From the IMG/VR virus record IMGVR_UViG_3300032313_000500, positions 1-64,000 of that record: a stretch of 64,000 bases of DNA, one strand, 5' to 3'. The position numbers and the translations under genes were made by a program. Numbering within the stretch: the first letter of the stretch is position 1; each line of letters opens with the position of its first letter. Below, in pieces: positions 28,852-37,999 of this stretch. This DNA comes from a virus. The notes under the pieces were generated by a model that was not told the origin of the DNA, made no database searches, and saw only the letters and a list, made by a program, of their open reading frames with translations.

Positions 28852-30909
28852 ATGGCTTGGAACAACTTTAATAATAAATCACTGAACAATCAGTCCGCAA
28901 AGAGCGTAGGACCTGGCGCGCCAATTTCGCACAACCCCGGTTACGCAGGGAAGGCCTATTCCGACTCGTGGGATATTGAACGCGTTTATAAAGAAGGAAT
29001 GCAGAAAGTCACCTGGGTTGCTAGATGTATTGACGCAATCGCCGGAAACCAAGCAAGACTCCCGGTCGTGCTTAGGAAAGACAACTCTCCACAGGGTGAG
29101 ATTATTACGGGCTCAAAAGCAAAAAATTCAGAGATATTAAAAATTCTGAATACAAAATCCAATATAGGCGAAAATTCATTCATATTTAGATACAGGCTTT
29201 CTTCTCAACTTTTAATGAGCACCCGAGGCGTGTTTATAGAAAAAATTTACGGTAGGGACGGCGGCGTTATCGCTCTTAACCTCCTACCACCACAAAGTAC
29301 TGCTCCGATTCCCGACCCAAGAAACTTTGTTGCTGGGTACGAAGTAAAGATGCCAAACGGCAGCATTATAAACATGAAACCCAAAGATGTTATTTGGATT
29401 CGTAAGCCGCACCCATTAGACCCATATCTGTCAATGACCCCATTAGAGGCTGCTGGCATTGCTGTGGAAATAGAAAACTTGGCAAAGGTCTACAACAGAA
29501 ACTACCTACTCAACGATGGTCGCCCTGGCGGTCTCCTCGTTTTGCGTGGCGAAATTGACGATGATGACAAAGAAGAACTAAAAAGCAGATTTAGAGGAAA
29601 TATTGCTCGTGCTGGAGCAACGACTGTTATCTCATCCGACGACGGTGCCGACTTTGTTGACACCTCCGCTAGCCCCCGTGATGCTGCATACATTCAAATG
29701 CGCCAAATCACCAAAGAAGAGATTCTGGCATCTTTTGGTGTTCCTGAATCAGTTATCGGAAATGCCGCTGGCAGGACATTTTCTAATGCTGGCGAAGAAA
29801 TCCGAGTTTTTTGGAACGAAACAATGCTTCCACACTTGGAGCCAATTGCTCGCGCCTTGGACGAACTGGATGACCAGTATTATATTGATTTTGATGTTAG
29901 GAACGTCCCTGTACTGATTCTTTACGAACAGGAAAGAAACAGATACCTGAAAGACGAACTGGGTCAAGGTCTAATTAGTACTAACGAATACAGAATCGGT
30001 ACAGGCAGAAAAGAAGTTGAAAGCGACCTCGCTGATTCTCTTTTGATGAATCCAAACCTGACTCCAATTGCAAACACAAAGAAGAAGATGGAAGAACCTG
30101 CACAGGCTGGCGTAATGGGAGCACCAGGAGCACCAGGAATGCCAGGAATGCCACCAGGAATGCCAGGAATGCCAGGAATGCCTCCAGGGGCAGAGGGAAT
30201 GCCCCCAGACCCGACGACAATGCAAGGTGCCATGGAACTTGCAACACAAGGCGAGCAAATGGCGCAAGGAGCAGGAATGCCTCCAGTTGACGCGGCAATG
30301 TCTCCAGAGCAGGGAGCCATACCGACTGCTCCAGCGCAGGCATCTGCAAACTATTCAGCGCTACAAACCAAAACAGAGCAAGAGTGGCAAACAAAAGTTG
30401 ACACGACATTTAGCAGATGGACTGAGATTCTTGACAGAAGCCTAGAAAGGGTGTTTGAAAGACAGCAGAGAGTTGTTCTTGAAAAAGCATCTGGCATCAA
30501 ATCTAGAAAACTATTGGCAACAGGAGCGCTTGACGTTGAAAGCATATTTAGTACCGATATATGGGCTAAGCAGATAGACGAAGACATCAGGCCTGTTCTC
30601 AATGCAATTATCCAAGACGCACAAACAACGTATTCTGAAAAAAACCTTGTCAAGATGCCGTTGAAAAAAGAAGACATCGTTGCTCATGTCAACTCACAAA
30701 TTGCCAGAATTAAGTCAGTGAACGAAGAAACAGCACAAGAAATCAACAATGCGGTATATGCAACACTTGGTGTTCTTGGCGAAGAAGACAAGGTGACAAC
30801 CTTGAGAACCGCCCTTGTTGGAACCTTTACCAATCTTCTTGCTAAAAAGAAATCACAGATTGCCGAAGACGAAACACGTCGTGCGTGGTCAATGGGTTCA
30901 AACATCTAA
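28852..30909 (+). CDS. Portal protein (HK97 family) with PGM-repeat linker and helical C-terminal extension
   Basis: WVARCIDAIA, LNLLPP, HPLDPYLSMTPL, NDGRPGGLL, EILASFGVP and ISTNEYR are portal motifs. About 250 extra residues follow. Confidence 0.9.
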   Translation: MAWNNFNNKSLNNQSAKSVGPGAPISHNPGYAGKAYSDSWDIERVYKEGMQKVTWVARCIDAIAGNQARLPVVLRKDNSPQGEIITGSKAKNSEILKILNTKSNIGENSFIFRYRLSSQLLMSTRGVFIEKIYGRDGGVIALNLLPPQSTAPIPDPRNFVAGYEVKMPNGSIINMKPKDVIWIRKPHPLDPYLSMTPLEAAGIAVEIENLAKVYNRNYLLNDGRPGGLLVLRGEIDDDDKEELKSRFRGNIARAGATTVISSDDGADFVDTSASPRDAAYIQMRQITKEEILASFGVPESVIGNAAGRTFSNAGEEIRVFWNETMLPHLEPIARALDELDDQYYIDFDVRNVPVLILYEQERNRYLKDELGQGLISTNEYRIGTGRKEVESDLADSLLMNPNLTPIANTKKKMEEPAQAGVMGAPGAPGMPGMPPGMPGMPGMPPGAEGMPPDPTTMQGAMELATQGEQMAQGAGMPPVDAAMSPEQGAIPTAPAQASANYSALQTKTEQEWQTKVDTTFSRWTEILDRSLERVFERQQRVVLEKASGIKSRKLLATGALDVESIFSTDIWAKQIDEDIRPVLNAIIQDAQTTYSEKNLVKMPLKKEDIVAHVNSQIARIKSVNEETAQEINNAVYATLGVLGEEDKVTTLRTALVGTFTNLLAKKKSQIAEDETRRAWSMGSNI
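30115..30200 (+). repeat. 9-nt tandem repeats (ccaggaatg) encoding PGM/PGA
   Basis: gcaccaggagcaccaggaatgccaggaatgccaccaggaatgccaggaatgccaggaatg is read directly. Confidence 0.9.
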
Positions 30910-31017
30910 TTTCTGTAAATAGCAAAACCTATTTAAAGAAACAGCAATATCTGTATTCAATACTTGCAATCGTTTGAGTTCCTATCATTTATTATCAATT
31001 AGGACATTAGGAGCGAC

Positions 31018-34000
31018 ATGAGTCAGCAAGACATTCAATTTAAAGCCATTCCTGGCCAGTTCAACATTGACGAGGCTCAGGGCGTAGTTGAGTGTTTCGT
31101 CGCAGGTATCGGCAACAAAGATTCGGTTGGCGACGTTTTGATTACTGGGGCATTTACTAAAAGCCTTACCCGCCGCAAGCCTCGTGTTGTTTGGGGTCAC
31201 AACTGGAACGACCCAATCGGCAAAGTCCTTGAAATATATGAAGTTGCACCTGGGGATAGAAGACTCCCATCCAAGATGTTAAATGCTGGAATTGGCGGCC
31301 TTTACGCAAGAGTTCAGTTCAACCTCAACTCAGAAAAAGGTCGTGAGGCATTCGCCAACGTCGCTTTCTTCGGTCAAGAGCAAGAATGGTCAATCGGTTA
31401 TAAAACGCTTGATTCAATCTTTGACCCGAACATCCAAGCAAACATTCTAAAAGAAGTAGAACTTTACGAAGTATCGCCAGTACTACATGGTGCTAACCAA
31501 CTAACTGGAACAATTTCTGTAAAGTCTGACGAAACAGCCGAGAAGCACATGCCGGGAATGATGATGCCCCACCACGAAGGAATGGGTGCTGGTCCTAAAA
31601 TTGTTGTCGTAAGACAAAGCAACGATGACGACGACGATAAGCCGATTTTCTCAGAAGGTCTCGCTCAGGCACTTGGTGACAACGAAAAAGAAAGATTGAC
31701 ACGCGAACTGCAAGCCAGAAGCGGTTCATCAATTCAATTGGTTTCCGCTACAGAGAGTACGGCAAAGTTTAGAAGAATGACTTCTGATGGTCGTTCCGTA
31801 ATGTACAGAATTGGATACCACACTCCAGACAATTACGTTACCTTCATGTTTGGAAAGCCGGAACTGGCGGAAAGCCAACAACCGGGCGGTTCACGCACTG
31901 TTGTTCCGTCACAGATGCCTTCAATGCCAATGCAGGTTAAGCCACGAGTAACAACTGACTCAACAAACTATGTTGTTAGCCCTGAATACGTAATGCCAAA
32001 AGGCGAAGATTACGAAAAGTCAGCCTTTGACGAAGAACTAGAAAATCTTGCTCAAATTCTTGATGAGACATTTGATGTAAAAGTTGGAAGAACTCTTAGT
32101 TCTCGCAACATGTCAAAACTAAAAACTGTCCTAGAGACACTTCAGGATATTGTTTCATCAGCAGAAAAAGATGTTGAGTCAAAAAGCGATTACATCATTC
32201 CTGTCAAACTGGAAAATGCGTTTGAGACCAAGCAGTTACTTGACCCAATTTTTGATTACCACAGAGTTGAATCTCATGTGACAGAAGACGGAATAGTCAT
32301 CACAACAGGGGTAACTCAAGAATTTATAGAGGCCATTGGCGTGGCCGAAAAAGCCTTGGGGCGAACGCTGAGCGGTGGCCTGGGAAAATTAGGCCGCGCC
32401 GGTAGGGGCGCGGTAAACTTTGACCCAAAAGCATGGGACGGTGACGGAGACGGAATCGTACAAGAAGGAACACCGTACTCACGTCCAGCAATACCTGGAG
32501 TAAATGACCGCGCATCTGGCGGAAGAGTTGATGCCACTGCTGCAACCCGTGCATGGCAAAATCAACGCAGAGCCGGAATGGCATCACGTACTGGCCGTAT
32601 GGATGCAGATGACAACTTTGACGAATACGACGAAGCAATGGGTCCACCAATGCGTCGTGCAGGTAGAGGAATGGCTGAAGACCCAACTGGCGACGCTGCT
32701 TCAGAAAACCTTGATAGGGACAGAAACGCTGGCGCTGTAAGAAGAGGATTGAGTTCAAGCACACCAAAGCCTCGTAAAAAGTCAACCGATTACAAAAAAG
32801 ACAAAAACTACACAGACCTTGACGATGACGACAAGAAAATTGTAGACGTAATTCAAGAAGCAATAGAAAACGGCGAGATAACGGGTGAAAGTTATTGGTC
32901 GGATTGGGTGAGTAATACTCTTGGTGACTGGAGTCTGCAAGAACAGTACGAGGCTATTTATGGCAGGTCTGCTACTAGTGAAGACTTTCAAGAATCTGCC
33001 GACCAAAGCGGCAGTCGGTACAGAGATGGTGAAGGAAGATATGATGACGACATTGAGGAAGAATTCTATTCCGAATCAATAGCGGATGCATCCCCTCGTG
33101 AGAAACTAATAGGGCTAGTTGGAGAATACATGCCTGAGGGTTCAAAGTATGGCGACAAAAAGCACATTGCTGCACTTCGTCAATCTTTTTCTTCTGGAAG
33201 AAGCGGACTCAGTTCAAGCACTTCAGGTTCTAGAGGAAAACCGGAGCCGTTAAAGCGCGAGGGCGAATTTCACGGTGGGAATATCTACGACGAATTCAAT
33301 GGTCAATATGTTGAAGGTGAAGTAGTTGCTTTATCCGACCTTTATGGCGACGACAGACCAGGGTATGGAATAGTTGGTAGATACGACAGCGACGGAAGTG
33401 GCACTGTTGATTATTTCTACGGCGGAACGGACGACGAAGAATTTGAAACCATTGAGGATGCTATAGCGTTCTTGGAAAATGTTGAAAACGAAGCAGAAAA
33501 CGACAGATTCTATAACGAACCTGAATTTAGAAGCGTAGACCGTAAGCGTTCTGCTGGTAGACCTGGCGAAAGACCACTTGCAGGGTTTTCATCAAGCACC
33601 GCAGAGGTTGTGTCAAAAGATGACTTGCCAAAAGAACTTGTAAACGACGTAGCAAATGCTGCAGTTCGCGCCGTGGGCCGTAGTGGTGACGAGACACGAC
33701 TTATTGATGGGGCTAAAGAAGTATTGGCAAACCTTACTAGCGAAAAATTAAAAGACAGCGTCGGTAAGTCTATATCCAATGCAAGAAAACGATTAGCAGA
33801 AATGCTTTCTGACGAAAAAGTCATTGAAGAATTTCAGTCAAGAAAAGCAATTGAAGATTTTATGGACGAAGTGGGCTATGCCGTTCAAGAGATGCTTGAT
33901 TTACATGTTGGTTCTGTTAAAAAAAATGGAACCTCTGTTGAAAAAGAAGAAATTGAAGAAATTGTAGATAATGCAAAATCTAAATTTGATAATGATTTTA

Positions 34001-37000
34001 ATGAATTAGTTAAAGCGTCTAAAGAGTTTTGGAACAAGAGACGTAAGCCCGGCAGATTAGATGGCACTCCAGAAGAAGCAAAAAAAGAAGCAGCAATAGA
34101 TAGAAAAAATTTGATGGAAACCCTCAGGGAGGGTGGAGAGCCAGAAGACCTTGAATCAACGCTTGGTTCAATTTTTAAAATGTTTGATAATGATTCTGAA
34201 AAAATAATTTCCGGAACAATTTCTGTTGAAGATTTAAACTATCTAACAGAAAAAGCACTTGACCAAATTATTGAAAACGACCCATCAATTGACCCAGAAG
34301 AATTAGTAAACGAATTTGCTGAGGCTCTCCGTGAGGGAGCATCCAAGGATGGTGCAAACCCACTGATTGTTGCTTTAGCAAAAGAATTTGGCGATGAAAA
34401 GATTACTGGTGGCGACCTAATTGACTACCTGAATGACACTCGTCAAAATTCTGTTTACAGACCCGACAGAGGCAAGATTGAAAAAGAAAAACTTCGTGGC
34501 TTTGCTTCCAGGGTAGGCAATAACGACCCTGCCAACACTGGAGACGGAGAACGTGGTCTTGGTTCTTCATCCGATAAGCGTGAAATGGACATGACGCTTG
34601 CTGAATATGCAGAACTAGATAAAGTTCTTAAGAAATACATGGATGACAGCCAAGTAGACGGCATCGGTGCTGACGAAGACATGCAAGTAATTCAGGATAT
34701 TCTTGACAAACTTGATGAGAGTTCAGCCGCAAACGACTCAATTCCTCTTACGGACAAAGAAATTGACGACTACATGGACACTCTCACAAGAATGAGAGAC
34801 AACGGTCCAGTTGAAGATTTAGCAGATAAAGAATCAATAGACAAACTGATTGACTCCTTAAAGAAAACAAAAGAATCAACAGACGGAACCTACGAATCAG
34901 ATGCTCTTCAGCAGGCCGGAACAAGGCTCACTCCTCCTCCTGGCGGTCGTGGAAGAACCACAAAAGGCACTCGCCCATTCAAGAGTTCCAACGGAACAAT
35001 AAATCCACACAAAAAACTTGATTTTGAATTAGAAGATTCTGAAATTGGCGAACTTCGTGATGAACTTGATGGTTTTATGAAGATGACCAACAACCCTGGT
35101 CCACTTAGGGCTGTTGCTGAGAAACTAGAAAAAGCCACAAATGGCAAGTTTTCACTTGAAAAAGAAGAATACGAAGAAGTTGTAAAAGAAATAGAAAAAC
35201 TACGGACAGACAAAAAGATAGTTACATCAGACGTAATCGGACTTCTTGAGCAAGCAGCAGAATCCAAAAAAGGAAAGTACTCAAGCATTGAAGTCAATGG
35301 CGGACGAGGTTTCTCATCATCTACTGGTGGTGGCAAGAACAATGGAGCACCATCCGACATTCCCGAGACAATGCAAAAGCAATTACTCATGTGGGCTAGA
35401 CAGCAAAGAGGTCTTAGGCTCGCTCAAGAATCAGTTGAGAAGTTTGACAGGGACAAAGGAACTCTTCCAGCATCACATTGGAGAAGACTGCGCACCTTGT
35501 ATGAGAACATGGGACCAGGCTCAGCCAGTGGCGCTGCTCGCAGTGGTGGACGCAGAGGCATCTTCGGCCGTGGAAAAGATACTTCTCCGACTACGCAGGT
35601 TGGTCGTGGACCTTCCGCTGAAAGCAAACCACTACCCCAAGGCCTGCTTGATAACACAATGTCAAAAAATCCAATTGTCACAGATGGATTTACGGACATG
35701 AGGTCTGGAAGCATGGGTGGCTCACAGGGCGGAGGCGTATTCAAAGACCCAAAGACTGGTCAGGAATATTACATCAAGCCAGCAAAGACGCAGACTCATG
35801 CAGAAAACGAATCGCTAATGTCTCGTCTCTATGAAAGAATAGGTATTCCTGTTGCGAAAGTAAAAGTAGGAACCTACAAAGGTCGTCCAAAAATTGTTAG
35901 CATAATGATTCCAGGAGCAGAAAAAGTCAACCACGAATCCGAGATGAAAAAACCGGCGTGGAAGAAGGCGGTTCAAGATACTTTTGTGGCTAATGCGTGG
36001 CTTGCAAACTGGGACGCTGTTTCAAACGGCGGAAATACCATTAGGGGCGGAGACGGCAATGCGTACGTCGTTGATGTTGGCGGTGCTGGTCTTTTCCGAG
36101 CAAGAGGAGAAGCAAAGGGCTCGGCGTTTGGTCCTATCGTCGGGGAAATGGAATCCTTGAGAGACCCCAAACAGGACGGCGCTCAACGCGGTGTTGCATA
36201 CTGGGGAGATATTCCACCAGCAGAAATTGCTCGTCAGGTAAAAGTAATTGGAGCAATATCCGATTCTGAAATCAAACAAATGGTTGATGCGTTAATTTCT
36301 GACAAGGGTGAAGCAAAGAAACTTTCTGACACTCTTATTGCACGACGTGACTATCTCGTTCAAAACTGGAGCACTGGCAAAAACAGTGGCTCCGGCAGAA
36401 GAGGTCGTACTGGCTTTTCATCTAGAACAGACCCTAGCGACCTTTCCGACTACAGACCACCCCGGCGCACGCCTGGCGGAGTACCGGCAATGAGACCTGC
36501 CGATTTTGAAGTGCGAGCCGATAGCGAAGGCGTCACTGGTGTTGGCAAGGGTGGGGCAATGGGAACAAAGCCTGACAAAAAATTCTCTGGTGACTCTTTT
36601 GACCAAGTTAAGCCAGACAAGTGGGATGAACTCACAATTGACGAAAAATGGGAATGGATGCTTGGCGAAGGAAACCCTGAAAAGGGCGGAACCATGTCTC
36701 CTGCTGCGTACGAGGGCGCTATGAAGAAACTTGGCGACGAAGAAGCCAGAGAAGAAGCAAAGCGGATGTCTCCAGAAGAACGGAGAAAAGCCCGTACCGA
36801 GTCAAGAGAGAGCCAAAGAGCGCAACTTTCCGACAACGAAAAAGAAAGAATCTCTGCTGAAAGAGCAAAGCGTCAAGCAGATGCAGAAAGCCAATCCAAG
36901 CGAGTCAAGGAAGAGGCAACTGCAGAAAAAGCACAAGCCAAGAGACAGGCGCTTCTTGATGGTTTCAACGAATGGATTGATGACTCAGTCCGTCAACTTT

Positions 37001-37890
37001 CAGAAATGGAATATGACGGAACCGACATCAACCCTGATGCCGACGATATCTGGGACACCGTTTCCACAATCCTTGGCGTCAATGACATTACACCAAAATC
37101 CCTAAACGAAGCAATTGAGGAACTTTCATCATACGTTGACGTTAATTCACCTGGGGAAAATGCTTATGAAAAGAAGAGCATTGCCCGTGCCAACGCATTA
37201 TTGAAGAAACTTTCAAAGATGAAATCAGAGTATTCGGAAGACAAATGGTTCAACGGCAGAGAAGGCAGAAGGTCTGGATTTGACTCCAGAACTGGTGGCA
37301 GGCCACGTCCTGGAACCCCAGAAATGCCTCAATCAAACGCCAAGCGCGAGGGAGACATAAAAAGACTTTCCACACTGATTGAGCAGGTTGTCGCAGAACT
37401 TGAAGCAAAACGTCAAAACCCTTCACCCAAAAAGGGTCGCATGGGCTTCTCTTCGTCTACCGGAAAGACCATGATTACCGACGAAGCGACATTCTTTAAG
37501 GACATTGAGAATTCTCTTGCAAAAGAAATTAGAGCCGCACAGAAGGCCAAGAACACCAAGGCAATTACAGGGCTAACTAAACTTCAAGAAATAATCAAGA
37601 GAAACGAAGCATCCAAGACTGGCGACAGAAGAACAAATGTCGGAAGCATATACATGACGATGGATGAAGTTGACCTAATTCTTGACGGTCTTCAGTTTGC
37701 TCTTGACCAACAGGTGGACGCCGGTGGAGATAAGAGAATTGGCTGGTACTCAAAGTTGATTGAAAAGATTGCAGCAGCAGCCATGTCTACATTTATTGAT
37801 AAAAGCACAACAGAGATTGGTTCAACCAGAAGAACAGTCACCAACAAAGATGGCGTAAAGAAAAAAATCAATATTGTCCCAGAAGCATAA
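31018..37890 (+). CDS. Prohead protease (HK97/S78 type) fused to ~2100 aa of cargo including a HipA/PI3-PI4-kinase-like domain
   Basis: N-terminal ~170 aa: GNKDSVGD, VWGHNW (His), EWSIGY (Ser), LYEVSPV..AN. At ~35700-36380: GGSQGGG, YYIK, AENE, ANWD..GN, VDVGG. Confidence 0.85.
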   Translation: MSQQDIQFKAIPGQFNIDEAQGVVECFVAGIGNKDSVGDVLITGAFTKSLTRRKPRVVWGHNWNDPIGKVLEIYEVAPGDRRLPSKMLNAGIGGLYARVQFNLNSEKGREAFANVAFFGQEQEWSIGYKTLDSIFDPNIQANILKEVELYEVSPVLHGANQLTGTISVKSDETAEKHMPGMMMPHHEGMGAGPKIVVVRQSNDDDDDKPIFSEGLAQALGDNEKERLTRELQARSGSSIQLVSATESTAKFRRMTSDGRSVMYRIGYHTPDNYVTFMFGKPELAESQQPGGSRTVVPSQMPSMPMQVKPRVTTDSTNYVVSPEYVMPKGEDYEKSAFDEELENLAQILDETFDVKVGRTLSSRNMSKLKTVLETLQDIVSSAEKDVESKSDYIIPVKLENAFETKQLLDPIFDYHRVESHVTEDGIVITTGVTQEFIEAIGVAEKALGRTLSGGLGKLGRAGRGAVNFDPKAWDGDGDGIVQEGTPYSRPAIPGVNDRASGGRVDATAATRAWQNQRRAGMASRTGRMDADDNFDEYDEAMGPPMRRAGRGMAEDPTGDAASENLDRDRNAGAVRRGLSSSTPKPRKKSTDYKKDKNYTDLDDDDKKIVDVIQEAIENGEITGESYWSDWVSNTLGDWSLQEQYEAIYGRSATSEDFQESADQSGSRYRDGEGRYDDDIEEEFYSESIADASPREKLIGLVGEYMPEGSKYGDKKHIAALRQSFSSGRSGLSSSTSGSRGKPEPLKREGEFHGGNIYDEFNGQYVEGEVVALSDLYGDDRPGYGIVGRYDSDGSGTVDYFYGGTDDEEFETIEDAIAFLENVENEAENDRFYNEPEFRSVDRKRSAGRPGERPLAGFSSSTAEVVSKDDLPKELVNDVANAAVRAVGRSGDETRLIDGAKEVLANLTSEKLKDSVGKSISNARKRLAEMLSDEKVIEEFQSRKAIEDFMDEVGYAVQEMLDLHVGSVKKNGTSVEKEEIEEIVDNAKSKFDNDFNELVKASKEFWNKRRKPGRLDGTPEEAKKEAAIDRKNLMETLREGGEPEDLESTLGSIFKMFDNDSEKIISGTISVEDLNYLTEKALDQIIENDPSIDPEELVNEFAEALREGASKDGANPLIVALAKEFGDEKITGGDLIDYLNDTRQNSVYRPDRGKIEKEKLRGFASRVGNNDPANTGDGERGLGSSSDKREMDMTLAEYAELDKVLKKYMDDSQVDGIGADEDMQVIQDILDKLDESSAANDSIPLTDKEIDDYMDTLTRMRDNGPVEDLADKESIDKLIDSLKKTKESTDGTYESDALQQAGTRLTPPPGGRGRTTKGTRPFKSSNGTINPHKKLDFELEDSEIGELRDELDGFMKMTNNPGPLRAVAEKLEKATNGKFSLEKEEYEEVVKEIEKLRTDKKIVTSDVIGLLEQAAESKKGKYSSIEVNGGRGFSSSTGGGKNNGAPSDIPETMQKQLLMWARQQRGLRLAQESVEKFDRDKGTLPASHWRRLRTLYENMGPGSASGAARSGGRRGIFGRGKDTSPTTQVGRGPSAESKPLPQGLLDNTMSKNPIVTDGFTDMRSGSMGGSQGGGVFKDPKTGQEYYIKPAKTQTHAENESLMSRLYERIGIPVAKVKVGTYKGRPKIVSIMIPGAEKVNHESEMKKPAWKKAVQDTFVANAWLANWDAVSNGGNTIRGGDGNAYVVDVGGAGLFRARGEAKGSAFGPIVGEMESLRDPKQDGAQRGVAYWGDIPPAEIARQVKVIGAISDSEIKQMVDALISDKGEAKKLSDTLIARRDYLVQNWSTGKNSGSGRRGRTGFSSRTDPSDLSDYRPPRRTPGGVPAMRPADFEVRADSEGVTGVGKGGAMGTKPDKKFSGDSFDQVKPDKWDELTIDEKWEWMLGEGNPEKGGTMSPAAYEGAMKKLGDEEAREEAKRMSPEERRKARTESRESQRAQLSDNEKERISAERAKRQADAESQSKRVKEEATAEKAQAKRQALLDGFNEWIDDSVRQLSEMEYDGTDINPDADDIWDTVSTILGVNDITPKSLNEAIEELSSYVDVNSPGENAYEKKSIARANALLKKLSKMKSEYSEDKWFNGREGRRSGFDSRTGGRPRPGTPEMPQSNAKREGDIKRLSTLIEQVVAELEAKRQNPSPKKGRMGFSSSTGKTMITDEATFFKDIENSLAKEIRAAQKAKNTKAITGLTKLQEIIKRNEASKTGDRRTNVGSIYMTMDEVDLILDGLQFALDQQVDAGGDKRIGWYSKLIEKIAAAAMSTFIDKSTTEIGSTRRTVTNKDGVKKKINIVPEA

Positions 37891-37999
37891 ATAGTGTGCG
37901 TTCTCGCCCAGAGGGGCGTGCTACGTTATACTTTTATAAACTATTCATAATGTGATATTGACACTCGTGTCTTTACTCGCTAAAAAACAGGAGTTACCA

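Noticed and set aside
29964-30677. Several minus-strand ORFs with repetitive GGIPG or Trp/His content
   Set aside because: Antisense shadows of the portal PGM repeats.
32316-36836. Many 60-180 aa minus-strand ORFs inside the protease fusion
   Set aside because: Ser/Leu/Phe-rich antisense frames arising from codon bias of the plus-strand gene.
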